NCBI GenBank assembly: GCA_026026165.1
Contig: JAPEUD010000013.1
Span: forward strand, 1 to 64,000
Source: Sarea resinae
Taxonomy: Eukaryota
Length of the DNA stretch: 64,000 nucleotides
Direction: 5' to 3'
The notes under the pieces were generated by a model. The model had not been told where the DNA came from. It worked only from the letters and a program-made list of their open reading frames with translations, and searched no databases. Both the position numbers and the translations under genes were made by a program. Positions 1 through 12,881 of the stretch are shown piece after piece; the stretch's first letter is position 1; each line of letters starts with the position of its first letter.

Positions 1-185
1 CTGTTTCAAAAAACAAAGGAGAGGGTTTCTCTGACAAAGAAAAACGAATGACTGAATGACTGTAAGACGATCCCCGAGCCCGATCCCTGACCCCAAATAG
101 CCTTATGCCTAATCATACCCTACCCCTATGTTTACGCTTCGATCTGATGTTCGATGGGACCAAAAAAGAAAAAAAGGGTGGACGG

Positions 186-345
186 TCCAGTCCAGTCCAG
201 TCCAGTCTGATGCACAACCCACAATCACTTCACCATCACCACCACCGTTTCTGACGACCCACCATTTCTGACAACCACACCCACAACAAGACCCAACCCA
301 ACCCATCCCATCCCATCCCATCCCAAATCACATCACATCACCACC
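186..345. repeat. Microsatellite cluster (CCAGT)n, (CAC)n, (CATCC)n downstream of SYF1
   Basis: Direct reading: ccagtccagtccagtccagtc near 186-206 and catcccatcccatcccatccc near 304-324. Confidence 0.8.
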
Positions 346-347
346 AC

Positions 348-3221
348 TTAATCATCCATGACATCCAGATCGATGGCGTCCGGATTCGCCTGCACCTGCA
401 CCTCGACGCCCCCCTTGGCCACGCCGACACTGCCGCCCTCGGGGCCCGTGCTAGCCGGCACGAAACCCTGCAAGGCGCGCGCCTGGCGTTCGAGCGCGGC
501 CATGGCGTCGGCACGACCCGCGGCGGATTCGTCGTCGCCATTATCGCCGTTGGTGGCCGTGGCCGTGGCGCTTTGGCCCTCGGTGTCGTCGTTCGAGTTC
601 TGCTGCTGTTGCTGGTGCTGCTGGCTGCGGGCCAGGGCTTGCGAGGCGATGAAATTGACATCGGTGCTGCGAGAGACTAGTCAGTAGATGGACGAGTAGA
701 GATCACGATATGATAGACGAAAGAAGGTAACATACTTGTACTGCGCCTGCACGCTCCGCTTGATGCGCAACATCTCCTTGAACGTATCCTCATTCCCATG
801 CTGGACCTCAAACGCCTCCCACTTGCCCCAAAAGGCCGGCGTCGTGCGCGGATCGCAAAACTGGCTCGCGTGCCCATAGATGGCGCGCGCGCGGTCGATC
901 TCGCCCAGCCGCCGCTCCATCTCCGCAAACTTGAGACACATGTCGCGGGCCTCGTCGTCGGGGAGGGCGGCAATGGCGCGCTCGTAGATGGGCCGCGTCG
1001 ACGTGAGGCCAAAGTTCGAGGCCGACTTCGTAATGTAGAAATTAAACATCTCGAAGCGGTCTTCGTCCGACACGGCCCGCGTGGCGCGCTCGTAGATGCG
1101 CATGGCGTGACGGGCCAGCCCACGTTCTTCTTCCAGGTTGCCGTACATGAGATACAGCGTCTTGGCCATCTTGGGAGGGCAGCCCTCGACGGCTTGCTCG
1201 AAGAGGTCGCGAAGGCGCTCGATGCCGATCTTGCGGTCAACGGCCTTGGTGAGATACAGGTTCCAGAGCTCAAAGGCGACCGGATAGTTGAACAGGTCGA
1301 GGCCGCGCTCGTAGATCTTAAAAGACTCCTCAAAGTACTTGTTTTCTTCGAGGAGATTGGCGTAGTTGACGACGGTCTGAGAGGTCGCGATTCGCAGCTC
1401 GAAGATTCGCTCGTAGATTTTCTTGGTGTCTTCCAGCGACCCGACGCTTTCGACCAAATCAACGTAAAAACTCCAGAGCTTCCAACTCTTGTGTACGCGC
1501 TGTTGCGGAGACAGGCTCTCATCGAAGTAGTCCACCGTAGACCGCTTCGGCGCGCGAGTGGCCTTGGCCATGATATCGACGGCCGTGTCAAAGTTCTCGT
1601 TTCGGAGCTCCATCTCAGCCCACTCGCACCACATCTCGGCAAGCTCATTGACATGCTTAAAAGGAACCTTGACAGCCTTCTCCATGATGACGCGGGCATT
1701 CCGTAGATCCCCGCCTTCCTCATAAAACTTGGCGTAATTGGCCCACAACTCCGAGAACCGCCCATGAGCCTTTTTTGGCTGAATGGCAGCAATGGCATCC
1801 GTGTATGCCTGGACGACCTCTTTCTTGTTGTCGCCCCAGAGCTCCACCCTCCTTTGCCACTGCACGACATCGTTGGGATTCTGACGAAGCAGAACATCGT
1901 TGACGAGGAAGGCCTGCCGATCCTGGAGCAGTTCGAAGCGCATCATCCGAATGTCGAGGTCAAAGTCGGCGTCTTCGTCGACGATCCCTTTCTCATTTCG
2001 AACAGACGAGTCTTCCATCAAGGTAGCGATGATGGATTCTTCAAATTCCGAGTAGGAGTCAAAGACAAGCGACAGATCGCGCACGGTCACGACAGAAGTG
2101 ATGCCCTCTTCGAAGATATCTCGAGCTCTCTCGAAATGTCCCTTGGTGATCCAATACGTTGCAAGTCCAACCCACAACTTCCCCCTCTGATCAGCAAACC
2201 TGTCAATTCCGCTGCGTACAATCTTCTCGACATCGATGCCAAAATCATCCCCCGTCTTGATCGTCTTGGCGTGGGTTACCAGGAGATCGACCATTTCGCT
2301 CCAGAGCTGAAACTGGCTTTTCCCATTCTTGCTGCGAAATCGCGGATTGTTCAAGATATCCATGTATTTCTTGACCGCTTCGGTATACTGACGCCTCTCG
2401 ATCAACAATTCGATGAAGTCCTCGGCGTCTTCGGGGTGGATCTGCATGTAACGTCTCCAGATCTTGATAGCCGTCTCTCCCGAGGCAGAGTTGGCAAACG
2501 GTCGGAACAGGGCCCAGATACGATTGTGCTGAGTAAGAGGCAATGCACGAAGAGCGCGATCGAACGTCCGCCGGGTAAAGGTGACAAGCGGTTGGCGCAT
2601 CAGAAACGCAAGATACATCTCCCAGATGCGCGGCATCTTGTTCAGGAGGATGAGAGCCCGCTCAAACAATGCATTGACCTTGCGGAACTCGGGCAGATAG
2701 CGAGCTGGATTCATCTTGGCGAGATGTTTGATTCGCAACTCGAGGTACTGCAGAAGAAAAGGTTGGGAGTTAGCATATTCACTCTGTTGACAATAGCAGA
2801 CCAAAGCCATTCATACCATCTTCCACAACTTGTACGACCGAGGCAGTTGAGAGCAAGCCCGCTCAAGAACCTAGATTCCGGTCAGCATTTGAAGGGTGAT
2901 AGAGGAGTCGGAGTCCATCGTACGAAAGCCTGCTCGAGTAAACTGCCGTGCTTCAGCTTAGCCTCGACATACGCAAGCCATGGTTTGACGCTGTCTGGGG
3001 CCCTCAGGATGTCTTGTTCGTAGATGGTGTCATCCTCGGTCTATTGACAGAAAATAATCAGCGGCCTATTGTCACGACTCCGTCCAAGAATCCAAGAAAT
3101 GAAGGAACGACCAGTCACTCACGATAAGGTAGAGATCCGTCCTCCTCTGGCTCGCCGCGCCCTTCCCACCGGCAGGAGCCATCGGGACGGCCTCAACAGG
3201 CCTCAGAAGCTCTCCAGGCAT
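348..3221 (-). CDS. SYF1: Pre-mRNA splicing factor SYF1 (HAT/TPR repeats, NTC complex), about 5 exons
   Basis: ORF 681..2810 contains FERALILLNKMPRIW, NDVLLRQNPNDV, VHKSWKLWSFYVDLVES and HGNEDTFKEMLRIKRSVQAQY. The upstream exon TEDDTIYEQDILR and the last exon TDVNFIASQAL...NPDAIDLDVMDD* (TAA 348-350) join through GT-AG introns. ATG at 3221 is the likely start. Confidence 0.95.
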
Positions 3222-3519
3222 CGCGCTTTGCCCGAAAGCCGACTCGAATCTCGCCCAAAACGAACGGTGCGGCGGTGCTGTTGATTTCGTAACTGAGACT
3301 GCACGCCCTTTGAAATCGCATGCGGGCTGTCGATCGTGTAGGTGAGGTCGCAACGCGCTTACACTGCTGAGTCAGCCACTTTTCGCGCAGATCTATCAAA
3401 AGATTACGGTAGAAAATAGAAGCTTCGAACGCATCGCATCGCATCCATCTTATCACCACCATCGCCAGTCGAGGCCACCTGGAAAGAGGCGCATCTCCAC
3501 CAAAACACGAATATAAAGC

Positions 3520-4461
3520 ATGGCAGTAACCTCTTCCCAGCCAGAGGGCTCAGCCCCTCCAAACCCAACGTGTGCCCCCTTTCCCTGTCTCCAATACCGG
3601 ATCACCCACCCACTAACAATCATACCCCAGAGTCTACATCCGCAACCTCGAAGAGGGAATCAAACTGCCGGCCCTGACGACGGCCCTCCACGAAATCTTC
3701 TCCGAATACGGCACGATCCTCGACATTGTCGCGAAGAGCAACCTGCGCGCCAAGGGTCAAGCATTCGTCGTCTTTGACAATGCCGAGAGCGCCGCAAACG
3801 CCATCGACGAAGTCAATGGCTTCGAGCTATTCGACAAACCAATGGTATGCGATTTCGCTCGGTCGAGAAGCGACGCCACCGTGAAGAAGACGGCCGGGGA
3901 GGAGAGCGAAGAGTTTGAGGCGCACAAAAGACATAGATTGGCTGAGAAAGGTATGTCTTGTACTGTGTTGCGCGCCATGAAGAGAAGGGGAGACAGGATA
4001 CCGAGGCTTTCTGAATTATCCCCCCATGCTAACACACTCCTTCAGAGCGCAAACAAGCTCTAGCAGCTTCGCAACAGAGCAAGCTCAAGCGGCCGGCCGA
4101 CGCCACCATGACCAACACGACGGAAGCCAACAAGCCCGCCAAAGCGGCCCGCGGCACCGGTCTCAAATCCAGCAACCCATCCTCGACCGCCATTGTTCCC
4201 GATGAATATCTTCCACCGAATAAGATCCTTTTCGTGCAAAACCTGCCCGAGGGTTACAACGACATCGACGCGCTAGGTGCCATCTTCGGTCGCTTCGAAG
4301 GGTTCAGGGAAGTCAGACTCGTGCCGGGGAGAAAAGGGATCGCGTTCGTGGAATATGAGAGCGAGGTCGGCGCTATTGGGGCGAAGGAGGGCACTGCCGG
4401 CATGGTGCTCGGAGACGGTGCAGGAGGCAAGGGCATCAAGGTTACGTATCAACGACAATAG
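3520..4461 (+). CDS. U1A/U2B'' family snRNP protein with two RRMs, 3 exons
   Basis: Spliced reading PPNPT|VYIRNLEE...LRAKGQAFVVFD (RNP1). The C-terminal RRM reads PPNKILFVQNLP...FREVRLVPGRKGIAFVEY. U1A and U2B'' cannot be distinguished by eye. Confidence 0.9.
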
Positions 4462-4892
4462 TAGAGTGGCTGCTGGTGATTTATAGTATTTTTGCTTCTA
4501 TTAAAATAGGTTGGCAAAGGAGTTTAGGGCTCAGATGGAACAATACGAATACCTCTTACTCTCCATGTTACAAATTGATGGCCTCTTATGCACGGTTGCA
4601 GCGCTATAAGATGCGAAGAGAAGCTGCATGTAATACACCAGAAGACAGAAAATGAACTCGGGTATGCGTATACAAAGCTACTGAAGCTGTCTGGAGACTA
4701 TGCCGCAGAAGTAGAACAAGCGCCGACCCATGTATCTTCAAATATATGAAACGAACTGCGTTCACTCTGTATACCTTTTCTCTTCAAGTGAAAAAGAAGC
4801 GAGAAGGCCGAAGATAAGGTGAGAAAGAAGAGACCAGACGGACGAACGTAGGAGAATGGAACGAAAAAGAAATGCTTTGCCAACATCCAAAA

Positions 4893-6298
4893 TCAAAAGA
4901 TCACATCTGCATCTTCTTGCTCGCCTAGAATATCCGCCGACGTTGACGAGTCTTCATTTTCCTTGTCGCTCGGTCTGCGGGAGGCGAACTTGGCTTGCGC
5001 TTCTTTGTCTGCTTCCGCGGCGTCGCGCTCCTTTTTGCCTGAAACCTGTATGAAGAAGTGGAGTTAGTAAGGACAGTGGATGGCTCGAAAGGTGGATAGT
5101 AGCAGGGCAGAGAAGAAATGGGAAAACAGAGCATGAAGCGGTAATAGTCGGAGGGAAGTGAAAGAAGATAGATAGCAATAAAGCGAGCATCACCTTTTTG
5201 AGGCGGTAAAACTCTTCACGGTCGAGTTCGTCGAGCTCAGAGTTGATGTCTAGGGTTCAAATGATTAGCTGGAAGGAAGTAGCGCCTGATATTGAGGGAA
5301 AATACATTTAATGGTGTTTTCTGTTCGCGGAATGATTACCTGTGAGTCGATTTAGTAGTGTTCTGTTGGAGTGTAAGGGGGCTTTAGGGGTAAAACTTAC
5401 GTGTTCGCTATTTGTGCAAGACGCAGGTTAGTTCCAGGAAGGAATGACGTTCATCATGATGGGGGAATGGGGCACATACATTGCATTTACTATAAAACGA
5501 CAGTTAGTAAAGATCGTCTCAAAGCTGTGGCAGACTTTACCTCTTCGATTTACCACCTTGATCACCTCATCAAGAATAACAAAAGCCGTCTGTAGCAGAC
5601 ACTGATCAGTCTCCCGTCCCAGACTAAGATCGTATCAAAGTAGTGTGAACACACCTGCAAGCTCGCAAGCTCAACCAGTGTCTCTACAGCCCTTGCATAC
5701 GTCTCCCTACACCGCTGAACCTGCTGTCCACCTTTCCCCAGTCCGGTCAACCCAAAATCGTTATTGCCCTCCGTATTGAAGCTCTCAAAAGCTGGCAGGA
5801 AAACACCAGAAACATTTTCTTGGCGTGTTCGGACACGGAAGCGGGCAGATTTGGCCGACTCTTGGATCTGGTAACCAATATCTCCTCCCACGGCATAAGT
5901 GACCTCGGCGAGAGAGAAAGCGGCGATTTGCATTACGCGGCCCATTTTACGTTTTGCTTCGTCGATACGGCGGGTGATCTCTAGGGACTCCATCAGTCTG
6001 GCCGAATTGATAGGATGTTTGGGACCCCATACCGCGAAAACGCCTGTAGAAAGAATTGTTCAGTAGCTGTTCCATCGAGGGCGCCGGTGGACATGACATA
6101 CTTGGTCAGGGCTTCACTCTTTCTTTTTAGTAGATCATGACCGGTTTGAGCGCCCTTGAGCTTCGTCTTCATGATCCCTAGGGACTGCCTGGTAGCGAAC
6201 ACCGGCTCCCGATCCTATCGAAGTAAGAAGCAGTGTTAGCTGCTGCTGCGGGGGGGTTTCTGGCTTCTTCAAAGGTCACGTACCCCACTTCCTGACAT
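4893..6298 (-). CDS. VMA8: V-type ATPase subunit D, about 9 exons including micro-exons
   Basis: DREPVFATRQSLGIMKTKLKGAQTGHDLLKRKSEALT, ENVSGVFLPAF, GLTGLGKGGQQVQRCRETY, NRR|VNA|IEH|VIIPRTENTIK|YINSELDELDREEFYRLKK, ending EDADVIF* (TGA 4893-4895). Confidence 0.93.
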
Positions 6299-6806
6299 TT
6301 TGGTGGATGGGATATTCTCTCCCAAATCTCTGTAATATCTTGTTCGTCTATCTCAGATCGAGAAATGATATTCAATGAATGAATGAGCTGTCTTCTGGAA
6401 CACCGGGAGCTAACATTCAATAGCCTGCCGTGCTATGATGAGGTAGCTAGACCAAGCTCGTGAGATACGTAGGGTAACAGTCGATACGGCAAGTAGAGCG
6501 TTGACGTTAGCGACCAGTGAAGCAGATTGGCTATCGCGTTTGACGGATGAGCTTTACAGGGGGTTTAGCACCACTAGATGCTAGGGATATTTCCCTGATC
6601 TTATGCATTGATTTGCTCACTCAAGACTCGAGCTCATTTGGCCATGGTCGCATTTGCGGCACATAAGATCCTCCGCTACATTCGACTATCCTTGAGATCA
6701 AGGGAATTGCACTAAAAGCCGTCATTCGTGACTCCATCGTCTTGTAGACATCTCATATCGTAAACATCCTCATGGCACATCTGAAAGCCGACATGGGAGA
6801 AAACCC

Positions 6807-8379
6807 CTATAGCTTCGACTTGATCACCACTCCCTCAGCAGTGATCCCTTCCAAGCCCCGAAATGGCTGGCCCCCCAGCATTCGCCTCCACTCCTCATCA
6901 ACCTGCAACCCGGCCTTCACCCGTCTTCCCCACTCCGCAATTGCCTGCTTCTTCCACTCCTCCGAAACCGTGAATTTCTCTACTTGGCTCTTGGCCCTCC
7001 ATTTCTTCATCTCCACGTCTTCTTCCTCTGCATTATACCACCGCTTGACCTTGCTTAGCCATTCGACTGCACCGTCGGCAACAGCAGCAACTTCCTCCAT
7101 CATCACTGCATGTCCTGTACCAGGAACCACGAGCTCAGCCACTTTTCCTAACTTCAAGCCACCGCTTCCGCCCACGGCACTACCCGTACGAGCCAGCAAC
7201 TCTTGTCGGTACCCTGGCACCGACGACGAAGGGGAGGCCGAGCCGAGGATGTAGAGCGTGGGCGGACGGAGAGAGGGCAGGGAATTGGTCCAGTGCCGTG
7301 GTGGTTCGGGACGATAGAAGGGGTATGCCTCTGGATGTGTCGAATCGAGGTCAGGATGCATGGTGCGATCAACGTGACCCTCAGGATGGAAATTCTGGCG
7401 CAGGTAGACTGCAACCTCCTGAAGAGGAGGCGTCGTCAGGACCACGGGCTGCTCCCCCTGATCTGTGAGGCGACCGTCAGGATAGAGCAGCGATGGGGTG
7501 TCGCGCAGACAATATTTTAGCCAATTATTAACTACTCGGCGGTCCCATTGGGTGTAGAAGGGATTTTTGTGAATGGCAGCCGTGGCGGCGGTGCGAGAGG
7601 GCCAATACGCCGTGCGGTGAGAACAAGCTTGGTTCAGGGAGACGGAGAATGGATCGCTGTGCGCTGGGTGGATTATCGGTTCTACTAAGATCAAGCCGGA
7701 AAGTAGGCGTGGGTGAATGGCGGAGAGGTGGACGCTGGCTATAGGTTAGCTTGCTTTCAGCAAGATTGATAGCATTGATGGGGTCAAAGGGCAATTGCAT
7801 GGAGAACTCACAGGTGAGTAGCGCCCATGCTGTGGCCGATACCGACCAGGGGCCGACGAATATCGGAGCGACAATGGTTGATCATATGGAGGAGGTCGCG
7901 GGCATGGTCGTCCCAAGAAGCTAGAATATATTAGACCCTGATGTTGCAGGATAGATATTCCTGAGAGGTAGCATTACGTTCATCACCAAGGGTTTGCTCA
8001 TTGAGCACACCACTTCCACCTTGGTTGGCCACATCGGCGACCCAGATCGAGCGTATGCCGACGCCGTTCTTCTTGCAGCGCTCTAGAATGTCATCCCAGA
8101 CTGGTTCGAGCGTTTCCTGGAGTACGACGGCGTTAGTGATCTATTCTTATCGGCAGAGGTGGTGCCCTCGAACGGATTGCGTACCTTGATGAAAGCGTTC
8201 GAGTGAGATCCGATCAATGTTATATCGCCAGGCTTCGGGTCCAGGTTCTCCAGCGGTCGGTATTGCTTGATATGAAGATAGAGCGTCTCCTCTTGCGAGT
8301 GCGAGGTCGCCCGTGGATATTCTCGGACATACTGAGCGGGGATGATGTGCTCCTTGACGTCGAAGAGGTTGGACGACAT
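6807..8379 (-). CDS. Alpha/beta hydrolase (Lpx1-like / 'toxin biosynthesis protein' type) with C-terminal PTS1, about 4 exons
   Basis: N-terminus VKEHIIPAQYVREYPRAT...LHIKQYRP. Nucleophile elbow LVGIGHSMGA near 7825-7850. Catalytic His in VPGTGHAV. The protein ends in -SKL. Confidence 0.85.
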
Positions 8380-9573
8380 GATCGATATTGCTGCCGCAGA
8401 CTGATGAAGCCGATGCCTTTACGGTGTCCACATGGAGAAGCCGGGGAGATGGGGCAGGAAAGAGGAGTGGCCAGCTCCACGCATCGTCCACGATGCCTCT
8501 GGAGAGAACCCAGCAGGGGCATCCAGATCGAGCGGCAGCTCCACGGCCCTCCCGCGTCCGAACTCCAGCTTCCCTCTCGGCCCCGCATTCTACCTCCTCC
8601 AGAGTACGACACCTCGGACTGGGCCCGAAGATCATTGCCCTCGTCAGCCAGCCTTCGACCGTGCCATGCCCACAAGCATCACCGCGGTGCCAATCGGGCC
8701 TCGATCATTGTACTTCGCGGTAGAACCGCTACCGTCCGGCCACTACACTAGGTACCGGTAGGTATTGACCCGGCACGCTTCACACTACTCGAGTACTCGC
8801 AGTACAGGAGCTCGTGGCTCAAAGGCGGTCGGCGACCGATGGGCGGTCCCAGACGAACCAGGACGAACAGACGCGGGACCGCGGCCCTAACGAAGCGAAC
8901 GAGGAGACCCCGAAGACCCCGCTGGCCGCAGACATGGGATCTTCGGATGCCTTCCACAGCAGGTAAAGATCCACGTTGTTCCCCCAGCTCTCTTCTCGGT
9001 GAGAGGATGCATTCGACGACCTGCATGCCGAGAGAACATCCATTGCAGTGGCAGTGCACCGCTTGAGCGACGTGCACCAGAGATGTCGGCATCCGCATCC
9101 GATAACAAAATTGCAACAGACTGCGCATCCATGGAGTCGGTGCCATCCCCTCGGCACGTTCGTGGTAATGTTGGTCGAGACTGTCCAATGCCACTACTAC
9201 CTACTCTCCCTCCGTATCCCTCACGGCTTGAGCCATTCCATTGTCTGCGGGACGATATATACGGGTTGGTTCATAGCATCATGCATTGACGAATTATATT
9301 GATCATCGTTCTTCTGCTTGGCTCGTCTTTCTTCAATCGAACGTCGTCTATCGTTCGCGATTGCTATACAATTACGGTGCATCGCCATTCGCCCAGTGCC
9401 GCCGAACACGCAGCCGTTACAACACTGGACAAAGTGAGAAGAATATCGAATACTGTCCATAGACGTCTCCATCCATGTCTTTGCTATCCGCGTGGACCAC
9501 TTCCCCCATATCTTGCTTCGTCCGTGTACCGCTGGATAGTAGTATTGCATCACAATCAAGTGCACTGGCGAGT

Positions 9574-11870
9574 CTAGAAATTCATCAAGTCTGTCACAGT
9601 ATCAGTAAGCATATAGCAAGGCTTGAGGATGAGCAGGCGCGTACCTCTTCCAAAAAGCGCTCTCTTACTCCAGTCCATAGCCAACAGAAGTCTGGTCCTC
9701 AAGCTCACGCTCTGTGCGAAATACACACTGCGCCAGATGTACGCAGCCATCAACCCTCCCGCCAGATTCATGCCATTGAAATCGAAAATGGCCGCATTAC
9801 CCACGTACGCCAAAGAGCCTAGATGGTGGTACTCGAATGCCTTGTAGGCGGCCTCGTCAAGGTCGCCGTAGTCGACGTTGTTCGTGCGAAACCCTTCGGC
9901 AACGGCAGCCATGCGGTTGAATTTGCGGCCAAGATATTGACCCTGCTGGTTGGCCCGTTGCGCAGTGGCGGGGAGGGAGGTAAGTTTGGAGTCGACTTGC
10001 TTGAGGAGTTCGGATAGCTCAGCGAAATCGAGCGTTCCTGACTTGTCGGCATCATACTGCTCGAAGAGGCGGTCGAGGCGGCGAAGATGGCCGGAGGCTT
10101 GTGGGAAGCGCTTTTTGATGCGCCCTGCAACATCACGCCATTCACGGAAGGAGAGCTGCATCTCTTGCGGATCTTTGCCTTTTTCCCAGGCAAGGGTGCG
10201 CAGGAAGCTGACGATGTGAGCAGCGACATTGTTTTGGACAGTGGCGCAGTCGCCGAGAGCATAGACATCGCCGAGGGGGGCACCCACGAGGCGAAGATGA
10301 GTGTCGGTTTCGAGGGCGTGAACGTTGTGTTGGTGCTCACCAAGCTTAGCGGCGAGACGTTTGGAGAACTCGGTTTGGGCTTTGGATCATCAGCTCGGGA
10401 GAATGCGACGGAGTCGATGAGGGAACTTACCAACTCCTGTCGACCATAGACAAAAGCCCATTGGTAGTTCTTTTGTGACCGTCTTCCCGTCCTCGTCCTT
10501 TTGCTGGAAGATGATCTTGTCCTCTTGAACTTCTTTGACTCTCGAATTCGTCAAAACCTCGACGTTATCATGTGCGAATCTTGCCTATTGTACTGTTAAC
10601 CACATCTCTTCACATGACGGAAAAAATACAAACCTCGGCATATTTTGATAAAGCCTCATCGTAAGTGTTCAGAATGTGGCCTCGACTCTGAATCACATGC
10701 ACCGATATCTCATTTCTGAGGATCCTAGGGAAGTATCTGGATAGATCCTCATTGAGCATGTCAAACAATTCAGCGGCAAATTCAACTCCGGTTGGTCCAC
10801 CACCACTGACAACAAAAGACAGGAGTCGGCGTCTTTCTTCATCGGAGGTCGTTGGAAGACAAGCATGTTCTATATTCTGTAGCACATCGTGTCTAATTTG
10901 GCGAGCATCTTCAATGGTCTTGAGGAAGTGACAATGCTTTAATCCTTTGACTCCATGAGGGTTTGTTGTTGACCCTGCCATAGGTTAGCAAGCAAGCCAA
11001 TAGGCACAGCAAGACAATGGTATCGGAAGCCTTACCGACTCCAACAACCAGTTTATCATAGGGGAGATAGAAATGCTGCCTCTCGCCCCTAGCGTCAACC
11101 TGCGAGATCTCTACCAACTTCTCGGAGAAGTCAACGTCCTCCGCCTCGGCCTTGAGAAAATGTCCATGGAGCCGCGTGACCACCCGCCGTATCGGCTCCG
11201 TCAGCGACCTGAATTCTAGAGTTCCGACGGTGGCCGAGGGCAACATTGGGGTGAAGAGAAAGTAGTTGGTAGGGGAAACAACGGTGACATGGTATTCTCT
11301 TGGATCCAATTCTTTGAGGAGTGAGACACTCCCCCATCCAGTACCTAGCACCACGAGCCTGGGCTTATTCTGCTGGTTCTTCATCTCCTCACAATCTTCA
11401 TCGTCTACCAGCGTCTCAGCAATTGGTAGATTCTTTGGTCCCCCCCGCTTTGGTCGCAGTGCAAGCTCCGCTACGGGTATGTCTTTGTATGTGAGATCTT
11501 CCGGATGATTGAAGTAATCGTATACGAATATGCCGCCCACGACACTGGTGAAGAAGAGGCCACATGTTCCAGAAATAACAGCTAGTCGGTAGAAGAAACG
11601 GAAGATGACCGAGCGTTGTGGATTTACCTGGGTCGAGAACGGGCGAAGTAAGCCAGCTGGTGTCGCGGGCCATTGTGACGTGAAACTCAATGGCAGTCGG
11701 GAGACATTGCGAGGTTCTTTTCGCGCTGTATGAAAGGCTTGAGTCAATGATGCTCTAGGGATGACATGCGTGGCTTGAAGGGATGCTCGTGCAATAGCTG
11801 GTCGAAAGGCGTATGCGCGAGACACGGGAGCGCGTTGCGCGATGTTTGCGAGAGGCTTTCGGAGCAGCAT
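9574..11870 (-). CDS. NDE1: Type II mitochondrial external NAD(P)H dehydrogenase with EF-hand (Neurospora NDE1 / 64 kDa type)
   Basis: Rossmann motifs VVLGTGWGS and VVSGGGPTGVEFAAE, FLFTPMLPSATVGTLEFRS, YALGDCA, EF-hand DADKSGTLDFAE, LPATAQRANQQG, and an Arg/Ser-rich N-terminal presequence. Confidence 0.9.
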
Positions 11871-12881
11871 GACGGGTTGCTCGTAGGAATAAACTTGGGG
11901 CTGTACGGCGCGAGTAGAAGAGCGAGCAAGTACTGCGTCCAGCGTTGCGCGCTGCCGCCGAAAGCTTTGGAGCTGCTACGGGGTCGACCAGGTCGTACAC
12001 TAATTGATCCAATGCATTGTCGTTGCAGAGGTGTGGGCGCGGACGAAGGCAACACGGAATTGATAGATGGCGTGGGAATGTGAAGGGAGAGGACGAAAAC
12101 AATACCAAGGCAAAGTGAAGTTCTTTTACGATGATCCTCAGTTGTTGACGACTACGAGAGAACGCGGCAAAAAGCAAGATCGGAAGGAGCGTCGGAGGCT
12201 GAGAGTGACAGCCCGGATCGCCAATTGCATTCAAATGACGCAGAGACCCTGCCCCGATGCTAAATGCTCTGGAGCCGGGGAAATACCTTGTCGTCAGTAG
12301 AGAGACCCCAGACCCGGTACTGATGGATGATTACCGCCTCGCATTCATGGGGAGATCGTCCGGGGATACTTTGCATCTCGTACTGTACCCTTTTCATCCG
12401 CGCCTTCGAGGCTAGCGGACACGCCTTGACAGCTACCGGCAAGGCTCCATCGTCACTTATCCGTATCGGCGATCCTCCACACCCTTCCACCGACATTTCA
12501 CCGCGACGACGACCGGTTTAGCTCTGTCGAAAACCTCAATTGAGCGATCAAGGTCAAACAATGAATCAATGCTGATTACATTTCGAGTTCTCGCACCTAC
12601 TATCCGATATCGTACAGACGAGAACCAGACTAAAAGTGCATCGAAGGCATGGTCAGAGCCGTGCGACTGTCTTCCTGAGAGCTCCTCGGAACTCCAAAAG
12701 ATATCTCCCTTCCACATACGCCCTTGGATATCCTTCCTAGAAATATACCATGCCATGCAATGCTATGCGATAGAGCCATAATTGAGCGCCTTTCCCGTCC
12801 CATAAATATCATGTCGTAAGCTTTGGAATGGCGCGGAGACAATGTCGTGCCGCGGTAGCGCAACACCAAATTGAACTTTGG

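Noticed and set aside
677..3023. Long alternative ORFs 677..1897, 798..1706 and 1764..3023
   Set aside because: Shadow or antisense frames of GC-rich SYF1 with no recognisable motifs.
8432..9302. Possible small gene between the hydrolase and NDE1
   Set aside because: Several short ORFs on both strands, none recognisable, and no consistent splice model. A lineage-specific gene cannot be excluded.
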